The translations under genes were made by a program, and so were the position numbers. The notes under the pieces were generated by a model, which did no database searches, had not been told where the DNA came from, and saw only the letters and a list, made by a program, of their open reading frames with translations. A DNA stretch of 53,089 nucleotides from Klebsiella phage vB_KpnS_SXFY507, in the sequence record ON045001.1, one strand, 5' to 3'. Of the stretch, positions 38,530 to 47,407 are shown piece after piece (the first letter of the stretch is position 1; the number at the start of each line of letters is the position of its first letter).

Positions 38530-38883
38530 TCGCTTACCAGATGGTAAGATTTTGCCCGAAATGGTAAGGCGATCTTACTCAAACTTTCTTATGCATATCA
38601 TGCACTTAGTATCATCTAGGTAAGATGGTAATCCCCCTATAGATAAATAGGTATATTCCATCCAGTAACGGAATATACCCATATCCAGCTATAATCTTAC
38701 CTAAATATAGATAGATAGAGAGTAATAATAATAATTATCTATATATATTATATACTTACGTTTTCATGCTGATCAAAATTTGACCGAAATTCGAGTAATC
38801 CAATCTTACCTAAAGTGGTTAGACCAGTTCGCAAGTTCATGAAAACTATAGGTAATGTTGAGTAAGATTGAATCTTACCTAAA
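38530..38883. other. candidate replication origin / control region with GGTAAGAT repeats and AT-rich segment
   Basis: multiple GGTAAG(AT)/ATCTTACC copies in both orientations, perfect IR GGTATATTCC-N10-GGAATATACC (38650-38679), AT-rich run at about 38704-38755, no ORF. Confidence 0.65.
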
Positions 38884-39816
38884 TTACTCAATCAGCGACG
38901 CCGGATCGTAAAGCTTGCGCTCCATTCCCATCTTGTAATTGTCGCCATTCGGAACAATGACCTTCAGGCCGCGATCGTCAGCCATGCAAAGCATTTCATA
39001 ATCAGAGCGCTTGCAGGCAACACGCAATTCACGATCCCCTTTGTAGCGATAGGCCACGATCTCAAGGTTGGTAGGAAGCCCGCAAGCCCACACCTCGCAA
39101 CCAGTGGCTGCATAGATGTGCTGCGCGTCAATCCAGGAGCAGGTTAAGTAAACAGTCCCGCTTTCGCCCTGATTGGTTGGGATTACCGATCCAAAAGTTA
39201 TATCCCCGGCTAAATATTTCTCGTTAGCCTCATCGTCAATAAACAGGAGATTGCAAAACTCATCCGCTAAACCGTCCTCATGCACAAGAACCATCGGCAA
39301 TGCGTGAAATTGCTCCTCCGCGCCATTCTCAGCGACCTTTACGCCAACATCGAATGACTCGCCATAAAACCCCTCATAACGGCTTAGGTTGGTTTCTGTG
39401 AGCTTTTTCGTGCGCTCCATTATGGCAGTAATCCTTTCGTGATCTGTCATCTTTCCGTATGCGTAACCGGAATCACGACTTGCCCGCTTATTGACCTTTC
39501 GAACGTACTCGACTGGCTGCTTGCCGAGGAATCGCCCCAGGATGTTAATGCATTCGCTGTATGGCTCCCCTGTCAGCTTCATGAGCCAGCCGATCCCCTT
39601 GTCGGCACCGCATCCGCCACAATACGCCCCGCCATCTCCCTTATTCTCAAGATTATCCGTCCACCTAAAGCGGTCTTTACCTCCGCAGTTCGGGCAATCC
39701 TGGTGCTTTCCGCTAAAGTAGCGAGTATGGACTCCGCAAATCGACTGAAGCGCATCACGCCACATTCCGACCATGTAAGGTAGAACGTCTTCTTCCTGGA
39801 AAAATTCATTTTGCAT
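38884..39816 (-). CDS. zinc-ribbon/TOPRIM primase-like protein
   Basis: DCPNCGGKDRFRWTDN...GAYCGGCGADKGIGWLM Zn-ribbon; start trimmed to 39816 (MQNEFFQEEDVLP). Confidence 0.75.
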   Translation of the reverse strand: MQNEFFQEEDVLPYMVGMWRDALQSICGVHTRYFSGKHQDCPNCGGKDRFRWTDNLENKGDGGAYCGGCGADKGIGWLMKLTGEPYSECINILGRFLGKQPVEYVRKVNKRASRDSGYAYGKMTDHERITAIMERTKKLTETNLSRYEGFYGESFDVGVKVAENGAEEQFHALPMVLVHEDGLADEFCNLLFIDDEANEKYLAGDITFGSVIPTNQGESGTVYLTCSWIDAQHIYAATGCEVWACGLPTNLEIVAYRYKGDRELRVACKRSDYEMLCMADDRGLKVIVPNGDNYKMGMERKLYDPASLIE

Positions 39817-39847
39817 TCTAAGATCTCCTAAACAAAAAGCCCGCCGA

Positions 39848-39890
39848 ATAATAACCCGGCAGGCTCTTAGATAATTAGCTTTTAGTGCTA
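39848..39890 (-). promoter_or_regulatory. early-type promoter module: TAGCA-CTAAA-AGCTA, 22 bp, TATTAT
   Basis: box and spacing on the - strand upstream of the primase-like gene; GCCG/CGGC dyad with 10-nt loop. Confidence 0.65.
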
Positions 39891-40274
39891 TCGAACTACT
39901 CGCATCATTTCGCGCTTCTGGCACCGCATGGTAAGCGCCTTGCCGTTAGAATCGAATTGCAGATCTGGACGGCAGAACGAAGCACGATAGCCCTTGCACT
40001 TATTGCGAACATAATCACGATGCACCGCCATAGCGCCGTGAACCGAAATCATGCCGTTTTTCTTCCAGTTTTGCAACGCCTGGTAAGTAACCTTTAAGCG
40101 CCTTGCCATTTCTGCTTGCGTACCGTAATATTCAAACACCGCATCAAGACGGGCGCGCAACCCGGCGCGAACTTCATCCTTCAGCACGTAGTAACCAGTT
40201 CGGCGTTTGCGTGGCTTCTTATCTTCTCCGCGTTGGGTTCCGTTGTTTCCGTTAATGGTTCGCTTGTCAACCAT
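39888..40274 (-). CDS. HTH DNA-binding protein (YdaS/Cro-like)
   Basis: GTQAEMARRLKVTYQALQNWKKNGMISVHGAMAVH; divergent from the helicase gene. Confidence 0.78.
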   Translation of the reverse strand: MVDKRTINGNNGTQRGEDKKPRKRRTGYYVLKDEVRAGLRARLDAVFEYYGTQAEMARRLKVTYQALQNWKKNGMISVHGAMAVHRDYVRNKCKGYRASFCRPDLQFDSNGKALTMRCQKREMMRVVR

Positions 40275-40285
40275 AATTCACCTCA

Positions 40286-40328
40286 TAGCATTTTTTGTTA
40301 AACGTGGTATCTTGTAAGGCGTTATTAT
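40286..40328 (+). promoter_or_regulatory. early promoter module: TAGCA-TTTTT-TGTTA, 22 bp, TATTAT
   Basis: located between the divergent HTH and helicase genes. Confidence 0.7.
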
Positions 40329-40362
40329 AACCGTATTATTGCGTAAAGGTAAGAGTAAAATC

Positions 40363-42396
40363 ATGGCTAAACCAATTAAACAGCAAATCGCCGATTTGGG
40401 CGAGGCGAAGATAAAAGAACTTCAGCAAAAATACACCGTTGGCCCGGTTGTTCCTTATCCTTATCAGTGCGTTATGTTCGATGAGATCGGAAAGCGCATA
40501 GGTAAATATGAGCATCCGTTTTACATAAAGGCTTCAGTGTCGGCAGGTAAAACCATTGGCTTTGCAATGGTTGCCTCGCGTATCCGGGATCTCGGCCTGT
40601 CAATGATGATACTTGCTCGCCAGGGCGAGATCGTGAAGCAGGATTCCGAGGAGCTATCAAACTTCGACGTTCCCAACTCCGTCTATTGCGCTGGCCTTGG
40701 CACAAAATCAGCATACTTTCCGATCGTTGTAGGCTCGGAAGGGACGGTTGTAGGCGGGTTGTTTAAGGCGCTGGGTGATTTCGTTCCTTCCGTCCTGGGG
40801 ATAGATGAGTGCCATCAGGTGGATTGGGAAGATCTAGCGGAAGCGATAAAAAACGGCGAATCATTCGAGCAGATGAGTAGAGCCAAAACAGCGCCGTACA
40901 AAATCAATGGCGAAGTTTGCGATGCCAGCATAGAGCCTTGCGATATGGATTGCGTAATATACGGAACCGGGCGCACTCAGTATACGCAAATCATCATAGA
41001 GTTAATGCGCCGATGCAAAGAGAAGACAGGCCGCGAGCTTAGAATCTTCGGCATGACTGGTTCAGAGTTTCGCGGGACGACTCCGATCCTGGTTGAAGAC
41101 AAGGATAAGCCGGGATTCTGGCGCGAGCAGGTAACGGACATTGACACCGATTATTTAATCGAATTCGGTTCGGTTGTCCCTACGCGATTCGGCGATGATA
41201 TCGGTGATTTAGGTTACGATCTGGATGAATTCCACGCATCAAGCCGTGACGGCGGCGAGTTCACGATCGCCGAGCTTAAGAAGATGGAAAAGAAGATTCA
41301 TGATTCAGGTGATATGACGAAGCGAATCATGGAAAGGGTTGTTGAGCGAGCCAAGGATAGAAACGGCGTGCTGATAACTTGCGCCGGACAGCGCCACTGT
41401 AAAGAGGCGGCAAGCTACTTACCTGAAGGCTCAACGTATGCGATCATAACGGAGTCAATGACGGGCAAAAAACGAGGCGATATCCTGGAGGCGGCGAACC
41501 GTGGCGAGGTGAAGTACATTTTCCAGGTTATGGCCCTAACGACTGGCGTTAACGTTCCATTTTGGGATTTCTCTGTGATACTCAGGAAGATAGGCAGCTT
41601 AACGTTACTCATCCAGCTTTTGGGGCGAGGTATGAGGCTTCTTAAGGGTTGGCAGAAAGAAGCGCCTTATCACTTTGAAAAACACGATCACTTAGTATGG
41701 GACTTCGCCGGGACGATGGACGAATTAGGGCAGCTTTATTTCAACCCGATCCTTGAGCAGGCGCAGTATCAACGCCGAGGAAGCGACAAGCAGCCGCCTA
41801 AACCATGCCCGAAATGCGGAAAGGAAAACAGCTTCCACGCTCGCCGATGCATCGCCACGGATGAGAACGGTAATCGATGCGATTATTTCTGGAAGTCTCA
41901 GCGGTGCGAAGACCAGAAAGATGAGAAAACAGGGCGGCTAAAAGTAAGGGGTTGCGGCATAGAAAACGACGTTGTAGCCCGAATTTGTCGAGGTTGTGGC
42001 GTGTCGCTAAAAGATCCCAACGATAACCTTACCGGGAAGCACTATACGCTTAACGATTGGTATGATGTTGTAGGTTTTGATATTGGACTCACTCGCAACC
42101 AGACCGGGATTCTGTTCAACTACGTACTCGTTGACAAACACGGCGACAGGTTCACAGCTACAGAGAAGTTTTTCCCCGAATCTGACAACGCGATTTGTGG
42201 TAAGCTATGGCGGCAAAAGGGAGTATTCCCCCATGTATTCGATCCGGTGATGCGCGGTAAGTTGGGGGCGTACAAAAACGCAAGAAAGATTATCGAACAC
42301 CAGGAATTCTTTGCAGCGCCTAAGCGCGTTACGCATAGGGTAAACGGCAAGAAAGAAGACATTATTTCACGTAAGGATTTTGGAAATGATTACTGA
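40363..42396 (+). CDS. superfamily 2 DNA helicase
   Basis: SAGKTIGFAMVASRI, LGIDECHQVDW, RGMRLLKGWQK, and C-terminal zinc-ribbon pairs CPKCGKE / CRGCG. Confidence 0.88.
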   Translation: MAKPIKQQIADLGEAKIKELQQKYTVGPVVPYPYQCVMFDEIGKRIGKYEHPFYIKASVSAGKTIGFAMVASRIRDLGLSMMILARQGEIVKQDSEELSNFDVPNSVYCAGLGTKSAYFPIVVGSEGTVVGGLFKALGDFVPSVLGIDECHQVDWEDLAEAIKNGESFEQMSRAKTAPYKINGEVCDASIEPCDMDCVIYGTGRTQYTQIIIELMRRCKEKTGRELRIFGMTGSEFRGTTPILVEDKDKPGFWREQVTDIDTDYLIEFGSVVPTRFGDDIGDLGYDLDEFHASSRDGGEFTIAELKKMEKKIHDSGDMTKRIMERVVERAKDRNGVLITCAGQRHCKEAASYLPEGSTYAIITESMTGKKRGDILEAANRGEVKYIFQVMALTTGVNVPFWDFSVILRKIGSLTLLIQLLGRGMRLLKGWQKEAPYHFEKHDHLVWDFAGTMDELGQLYFNPILEQAQYQRRGSDKQPPKPCPKCGKENSFHARRCIATDENGNRCDYFWKSQRCEDQKDEKTGRLKVRGCGIENDVVARICRGCGVSLKDPNDNLTGKHYTLNDWYDVVGFDIGLTRNQTGILFNYVLVDKHGDRFTATEKFFPESDNAICGKLWRQKGVFPHVFDPVMRGKLGAYKNARKIIEHQEFFAAPKRVTHRVNGKKEDIISRKDFGNDY

Positions 42397-42808
42397 TAAA
42401 GGCGATTACTTAGAGTATTACGGCGGGGCGGTTAAGTCATGCCCCAAGGAAGATTGGGAGCAAGTTGTTTGCTTCGATTGGGCCAAATATAATTACCCTC
42501 AATATGTATTCTGGCATAGCGTTAACGAGGGGAAGAAACACATACACACCGCCTTGCGCGATGAGCAGGCGGGATTGCTTAAAGGTGTATCTGACTTCGT
42601 GATCCTGATTGGTTTGTCCGATGGGCCTTACCCATTCGGGGCCATTGAGCTAAAGCGGCAGGGTAAAAGTCAGGCTTCTCCAGTAAGCAAGGAGCAAAAG
42701 GATTTCCTTAAGCGAGTAAGGGGGCGCGGAGGGTTTGCCGCCGTCGCCTATGGGAATGAGCAATTTAAGTTGGCATGGCTTGACATGTTAGGTATAGAGC
42801 ACGAATAG
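42386..42808 (+). CDS. VRR-NUC domain nuclease
   Basis: QAGLLKGVSDFVILIG...FGAIELKRQG...SKEQKDFLKRV. Confidence 0.85.
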   Translation: MITDKGDYLEYYGGAVKSCPKEDWEQVVCFDWAKYNYPQYVFWHSVNEGKKHIHTALRDEQAGLLKGVSDFVILIGLSDGPYPFGAIELKRQGKSQASPVSKEQKDFLKRVRGRGGFAAVAYGNEQFKLAWLDMLGIEHE

Positions 42809-42839
42809 CTAAAAAAATTTACGGGGAAGTCTGTATGAT
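42797..42839 (+). promoter_or_regulatory. early promoter module: GAGCA-CGAAT-AGCTA, 22 bp, TATGAT
   Basis: spacing conserved; dyad GGGGAA/TTCCCC with 10-nt loop. Confidence 0.6.
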
Positions 42840-42868
42840 TCCCCTATACCAATCAGCGAGGTTTCACA

Positions 42869-43597
42869 ATGAAAGATACTTTTGACGAAGATACACACGA
42901 CGCATTCACCAGCTTTGAGCAGATCGAGCGGGAAACGTTCATCGGTAACGCATTGGCCCTCGGCGGTCATTACCAGGCGGTAAAGCCTGATACCTTCTAC
43001 CAGGTTACAGGCAACCGTTACGCCGGAAGTAAGACGCCGGATATTGTGCGCGATAAGTGGTCAACCGATCGCACGCTGATAGCCTACATGGAAGATCGAT
43101 ACGGCCCTTACGATCTGGACGCCGCAGCAGACGAAAGCAATACAGTTTGCGCGAAGTTCTATAACGAAAAGACCGATTGCCTTAAACGCTGGTGGGGTAA
43201 GAATAAGCACGTTTGGCTTAACCCTCCGTACTCATTCCCCGATCCATTTATTCTCAAGGCGATTGAGCAGATGGAGCACGATAACCAGATCGATATCCTG
43301 CTACCCGGCGACAACTCAACCGCCTGGTTTCGCGATGCGCAGCGCGCCGCCGCCGAGGTGATTTGGATTGTAGCGGATTCTGAAGAAAACGAAGATAAGC
43401 AGCTTGTTAGCCGTTCCGGGCGACTGGCATTTATCAACGGCCTAACCGGGAAGCCAGTAGACAACAACAACAAGGGAAGCGTTATTTTCATCATGCGCAA
43501 GCTTGAACCTGGTGAAGAGCAAAAAACGTTCTATATTCCAGTTAGTGAGATTTGCCCCTCATCCACCAAAAAGAAAATGCGTAAGCGCGGAGTGTAA
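42869..43597 (+). CDS. phage-type DNA N6-adenine methyltransferase (Dam-like)
   Basis: DIVRDKWSTDRTLIAYMEDRYGPYDLDAAAD...VWLNPPYS. Confidence 0.87.
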   Translation: MKDTFDEDTHDAFTSFEQIERETFIGNALALGGHYQAVKPDTFYQVTGNRYAGSKTPDIVRDKWSTDRTLIAYMEDRYGPYDLDAAADESNTVCAKFYNEKTDCLKRWWGKNKHVWLNPPYSFPDPFILKAIEQMEHDNQIDILLPGDNSTAWFRDAQRAAAEVIWIVADSEENEDKQLVSRSGRLAFINGLTGKPVDNNNKGSVIFIMRKLEPGEEQKTFYIPVSEICPSSTKKKMRKRGV

Positions 43598-43600
43598 AAG

Positions 43601-43840
43601 ATGGAAATCGTACAATCATTCGAACCGGAACAAATGGAAGTGATTCTTAAAGATCTTTATTGCGGCATGGTTTGCCGTAAGCTGAAAGCGGCGGGCCTTT
43701 TCCCATTCCTGGATTGCGATCCTTATGAGTTCGCGCTATCGCTTGATATGAGTTTTGAAGAAATCATGTCGGAGCCGCTGGGTTCGTGGGAGGCTATCGT
43801 TGATGCCGATCTTGAATCCTTCGCCAAAGATTTAAAATAG
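43601..43840 (+). CDS. hypothetical small acidic protein
   Basis: 79-aa ORF ending at a promoter module. Confidence 0.6.
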   Translation: MEIVQSFEPEQMEVILKDLYCGMVCRKLKAAGLFPFLDCDPYEFALSLDMSFEEIMSEPLGSWEAIVDADLESFAKDLK

Positions 43841-43880
43841 CACTTTTTGCCTAACTATACCCGCCTCGCGCGGGTATTAT
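43838..43880 (+). promoter_or_regulatory. early promoter module: TAGCA-CTTTT-TGCCT, 22 bp, TATTAT
   Basis: box contains the upstream stop; 8-bp inverted repeat ATACCCGC/GCGGGTAT. Confidence 0.7.
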
Positions 43881-43910
43881 TGTTTGCATCAAAGACAAGA
43901 GGATTCAATC

Positions 43911-44105
43911 ATGAAAGCGAAAGTTCACTTCCCGCATCTGCTTAACCTTTCCCGCCAGTGCATGAAAGCATATATGGAAAACCCAAGTGAAAATGGCCTT
44001 GATGGCGTGATAGGTGAGATTTATTTCCGCGCCGCCTACGGGCTGGAAACTGTCAACATGTACGAAGAAATGAGCGAGGCTTTTGATATAAATGGCGATA
44101 GTTGA
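43911..44105 (+). CDS. hypothetical small protein
   Basis: ORF 43884..44105 with the start trimmed to 43911. Confidence 0.6.
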   Translation: MKAKVHFPHLLNLSRQCMKAYMENPSENGLDGVIGEIYFRAAYGLETVNMYEEMSEAFDINGDS

Positions 44106-44328
44106 ATCAGGACGCGAGGCAGTTTGGCAGCACGCCAAAGAGGCGGGCATTGCCAAGGATATAGCACTAATTGCTAAGTATTTCGATATAAAAGATATTA
44201 GCATTGTGTTTAATGGGAAGTTTACCTTCCTTCACGAAAGGCCGCGACGGGTTAAAAGAATCTGTGTAGCCGCCGCGCCTCCGCACGATCTCAAGTGGTA
44301 TCTTGCGGACGCCAGAACCAAAAAGTAG
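44092..44328 (+). CDS. hypothetical small protein
   Basis: 78-aa ORF; contains an intragenic TAGCA-CTAAT-TGCTA match. Confidence 0.5.
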   Translation: MAIVESGREAVWQHAKEAGIAKDIALIAKYFDIKDISIVFNGKFTFLHERPRRVKRICVAAAPPHDLKWYLADARTKK

Positions 44329-44345
44329 TTGAGGAAAATGTTAAA

Positions 44346-44423
44346 ATGCGATACATTTTGATTCTAATATTGCCGCCATTGTTGGTGATGTTACTCTTCA
44401 ACTACTTAATTCAAATAGGTTAA
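44346..44423 (+). CDS. 25-aa hydrophobic peptide MRYILILILPPLLVMLLFNYLIQIG
   Basis: complete ORF with a GAGG-like element upstream, immediately before 44426. Confidence 0.45.
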   Translation: MRYILILILPPLLVMLLFNYLIQIG

Positions 44424-44425
44424 TT

Positions 44426-45553
44426 ATGAAAATCACAGATCAGGAATTTTTGGACGCGCGAAAGGCTGGCATGACTTACCGCGAGATCTCGGAATCTTAC
44501 GGGATGAATATTCGCAGCGTTGAGCGTCGCGGGGTTCGCTTGGCGCGCCAGGGCCATTTGCACGGTAACGAGCACGTGGCAAAACACATACCGGACGGAT
44601 TCGGCGTCAAGGGTACGTCAACCATGATTCGCGGTGATGGCTCCGAAGTTGTCCGTTGGGTTAAGTCTGAAGTTGACCGCGATCGCATGATTGCTTTGAT
44701 GGAGGCCGCGCAAGCTTCATTTTGTGAAGACCTTCCGCGAGTCGAACCTCAGCCGCTAAACTCAAGTCACGGTTGTATTGAGGATCACCTTGCGTTGTAT
44801 CCGGTATTCGATCTGCACATCGGCGCGATGGCGCATAAGCATGAATGCGGCGAAAACTATGATACCAGCACCGCCGAAAAAGTTTTAGGCCAGTTCTTTG
44901 ACTACGCAACCGAAGTTGCACCGAAGGCAAAGAAAGCTGTTCTTCTTGTTGGCGGCGACTTCCTTCACTCTGACGGCCTAGACGCAGTAACCCCGGCTAG
45001 CGGTCACGTATTAGACCAGGACAGCCGATACGCGAAGTTAGTTTATGTTGCAATCCGATCGCTTCGTCGTGGCATCGCTAAGATGCTGGATGTTCATCAT
45101 GACGTTGAGATCCAAGTTATCGAAGGGAACCACGACCAGGCCGGGATGATTTGGCTGCGCGCCGCGCTCGCTGCATTCTACGAAAACGAGCCGCGCGTTT
45201 ACGTTGACGTTAGTCCCGCCATTCTGCATCGAACCAAGTGGGGGAAAACCTTGCTGGGCTATACGCATGGTCACACCATGAAGAAGGCCGACACGCGATT
45301 GCAGGCAATGGCTACTGACTTCCGCGAGGAGTTCGGGGATAGTAAATACGTCTATACGCATTCGGGCCACTGGCATCACCAGACGGTAAGCGAATGCACG
45401 TTAGGCATTGACGAAATTCACGGCCAGTTAGGCGCGAAGGATGCTTATGCTGCGCGCGGCGGCTGGCGCTCTTATCGCCAAGCTGCGGTTATCGTGTATA
45501 GCAAACAGTTCGGCGAAGTGGGCCGCTTCATCTACCGCCCGGAAATGAAATAA
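44426..45553 (+). CDS. metallophosphoesterase with N-terminal HTH-like segment
   Basis: VFDLHIGAMAH, GGDFLHSD, EGNHDQAG, GYTHGHTMK, SGHWHHQT motifs. Confidence 0.85.
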   Translation: MKITDQEFLDARKAGMTYREISESYGMNIRSVERRGVRLARQGHLHGNEHVAKHIPDGFGVKGTSTMIRGDGSEVVRWVKSEVDRDRMIALMEAAQASFCEDLPRVEPQPLNSSHGCIEDHLALYPVFDLHIGAMAHKHECGENYDTSTAEKVLGQFFDYATEVAPKAKKAVLLVGGDFLHSDGLDAVTPASGHVLDQDSRYAKLVYVAIRSLRRGIAKMLDVHHDVEIQVIEGNHDQAGMIWLRAALAAFYENEPRVYVDVSPAILHRTKWGKTLLGYTHGHTMKKADTRLQAMATDFREEFGDSKYVYTHSGHWHHQTVSECTLGIDEIHGQLGAKDAYAARGGWRSYRQAAVIVYSKQFGEVGRFIYRPEMK

Positions 45554-45593
45554 TCAACCATACCCGCCCCCGCGAGGGGGCTATAAAGAGGAA

Positions 45594-46106
45594 TTGCCAA
45601 TGTTAGAGAATCGCCCTGTAAAAGATATCGTTATCTTCGATCTGGATGGAACCATTGCGGACGGACGTCACCGCCTCCATCTACTGCCGAAAAAGGATCT
45701 CCACCTAACCGAATCCTGGTCTGAATTCAACCGCGCTTGCGTTGGTGATGAAATTTTCGACGGCACGCTTGCCGTGATGAATGCCTGCTATGATGCGAAC
45801 ATGCTGGTTATCATCCTGACTGGTCGGAGCGATGAAGTCCGGGAGCAAACGGAGCATTGGCTGGCGGTTGCTGGCGCAAAATATCACGTCCTGGAAATGC
45901 GCAAGCATGACGACAACCGCAAGGATACTATCATCAAAGAAGAGTATCTTCGCCATGTTGGGCTTGACCGAATCGCGGCGTGCTGGGATGATTCACCGAA
46001 CGTTATTAATCACTTCCGGGCGATGGGCCTGCAAGTTTACCAGGTTTGCGACTACGGCAACGAAACTCGCGAAGATCTGAAATCACACGGAGTAGAAAAG
46101 TTATGA
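45594..46106 (+). CDS. HAD phosphatase (resembles the PNK phosphatase domain)
   Basis: IFDLDGTIADGRHRLHL...ILTGRSDEVR...CWDDSPNVINHFRAMG. Confidence 0.82.
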   Translation: MPMLENRPVKDIVIFDLDGTIADGRHRLHLLPKKDLHLTESWSEFNRACVGDEIFDGTLAVMNACYDANMLVIILTGRSDEVREQTEHWLAVAGAKYHVLEMRKHDDNRKDTIIKEEYLRHVGLDRIAACWDDSPNVINHFRAMGLQVYQVCDYGNETREDLKSHGVEKL

Positions 46107-46681
46107 AAAAAGTAATCATTCTCAACGGCCCGCCAGGTTGCGGAAAGGATACCATCGCGCGCGTACTGGAAGAGATCGGCGGATTCGATATCCATAGCTT
46201 CAAAAAGCCGATGTTCGATATTGCGGAAACGATGTTAGGCCCGGTAAAATTCAAGCAGTTTATGAAGCTTTACAACGATCGGGATACTAAAGAAATGCCT
46301 TGCGATCTGCTGGGCCAAATGTCGCCGCGTGAGTTCTTCATTCACATTAGCGAGTCATTCGTTAAGCCGATTTTAGGTAACGAACAATTCGGCTACCTGG
46401 CGGCAAGCGGAGCGATTGAGGCAACCAGTCACGTAGTATTCAGCGATGGCGGTTTCCCGGATGAGGTTCGCGCGCTCATTGAGCATGAGCAATCCGATTA
46501 TCACCTTTACCTTGTTCGACTGCATCGCGAAGGGTTCACGTTTGAAGGTGATAGCCGCAACTACGTGAATCTGTTCGAAGAGTACCGAGGATACGATCGA
46601 TATACTGAGATCGACTTCCATTTGACCAACGGCAACGCATACGACGACGCAAACGATATTATGGATCTTGTATACGAATAG
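46103..46681 (+). CDS. deoxynucleoside monophosphate kinase-like P-loop protein
   Basis: IILNGPPGCGKDTIARVLEE; start trimmed to the ATGA overlap. Confidence 0.75.
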   Translation: MKKVIILNGPPGCGKDTIARVLEEIGGFDIHSFKKPMFDIAETMLGPVKFKQFMKLYNDRDTKEMPCDLLGQMSPREFFIHISESFVKPILGNEQFGYLAASGAIEATSHVVFSDGGFPDEVRALIEHEQSDYHLYLVRLHREGFTFEGDSRNYVNLFEEYRGYDRYTEIDFHLTNGNAYDDANDIMDLVYE

Positions 46682-46721
46682 CACGAATTGCTAAACATAC
46701 CCGGCGCAAGTCGGGTATAGT
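46679..46721 (+). promoter_or_regulatory. early promoter module: TAGCA-CGAAT-TGCTA, 22 bp, TATAGT
   Basis: box contains the upstream stop; IR ATACCCG/CGGGTAT. Confidence 0.75.
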
Positions 46722-46746
46722 TACTTCAACGAAACGGAGCAACCAA

Positions 46747-46881
46747 ATGATTGAGGATGACGAAATGAAAAAATTATTTACTAAAATTGCAAACTATGCT
46801 ATCGCTATCGGTATGGGACTTCTGGTAACTGGCTTCGGTTTGTGGGTTATCACACTGGCTGGAAACTTCAAAGGGTTCTAA
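46747..46881 (+). CDS. 44-aa single-TM protein MIEDDEMKKLFTKIANYAIAIGMGLLVTGFGLWVITLAGNFKGF
   Basis: complete ORF below the 60-aa cutoff, downstream of a promoter module. Confidence 0.6.
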   Translation: MIEDDEMKKLFTKIANYAIAIGMGLLVTGFGLWVITLAGNFKGF

Positions 46882-46882
46882 C

Positions 46883-47080
46883 ATGGCGACGAAATTTAAT
46901 CGCGTGATTTGCCTCCGTAACGATTCTAAATCACTGCCTTTTAAAGTTGGTGTGCATTATAGTATCGGATATGACCACGGCGGCGGTAATTATGAGATCT
47001 ATGATGGTCAAGGTAGCATTATAATCGCACCGCTTAGCGGCCATTATCTCGAATTTTATCCCGTCATTCATTCGAAGTAA
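46883..47080 (+). CDS. small protein, KxKC...FxxGxxY-like family (divergent)
   Basis: FNRVICLRNDSKSLPFKVGVHYSIGYDHGG. Confidence 0.6.
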   Translation: MATKFNRVICLRNDSKSLPFKVGVHYSIGYDHGGGNYEIYDGQGSIIIAPLSGHYLEFYPVIHSK

Positions 47081-47095
47081 TTCAACAACATACCA

Positions 47096-47122
47096 GAAAG
47101 GAGCCTTTATAGGCTCCTTTTT
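47096..47122 (+). terminator. rho-independent terminator
   Basis: AAAGGAGCC-TTTATA-GGCTCCTTTTT. Confidence 0.8.
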
Positions 47123-47189
47123 GTGCTTCCATTTAATCCCCCTCCCGGTTATTATTCAGACATATATTTCAACTAACAGGGTCAACGCT

Positions 47190-47405
47190 ATGAGAGATTT
47201 TATCAACGCTGCGACCACTGGCGGCGGTGGGGTTACTGCCGGGGGCTTGTTCTCCGGTCAAATTCTCATTGCCCTGGCTGGTCTTTTTCTTATGTTCACG
47301 TTTGGTGTGTGGGGAGGGTATCTTCGCTGGAAGGATTCGAAGGCGCTAAGGGAGGCTTTAGACGCCGGGGATATTCGGACGGCAATCAAGATCAGGAGCA
47401 AATAA
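47190..47405 (+). CDS. putative holin
   Basis: ORF 47121..47405 trimmed; small protein with ILIALAGLFLMFTFGVWGGYL immediately before the lysozyme gene. Confidence 0.6.
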   Translation: MRDFINAATTGGGGVTAGGLFSGQILIALAGLFLMFTFGVWGGYLRWKDSKALREALDAGDIRTAIKIRSK

Positions 47406-47407
47406 TC

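Noticed and set aside
44162-44176. Perfect TAGCA-CTAAT-TGCTA inside ORF 44092..44328
   Set aside because: No convincing -10 at the expected spacing (TAGCAT only), and it is intragenic. It was kept out of the promoter list, though it could still bind the regulator.
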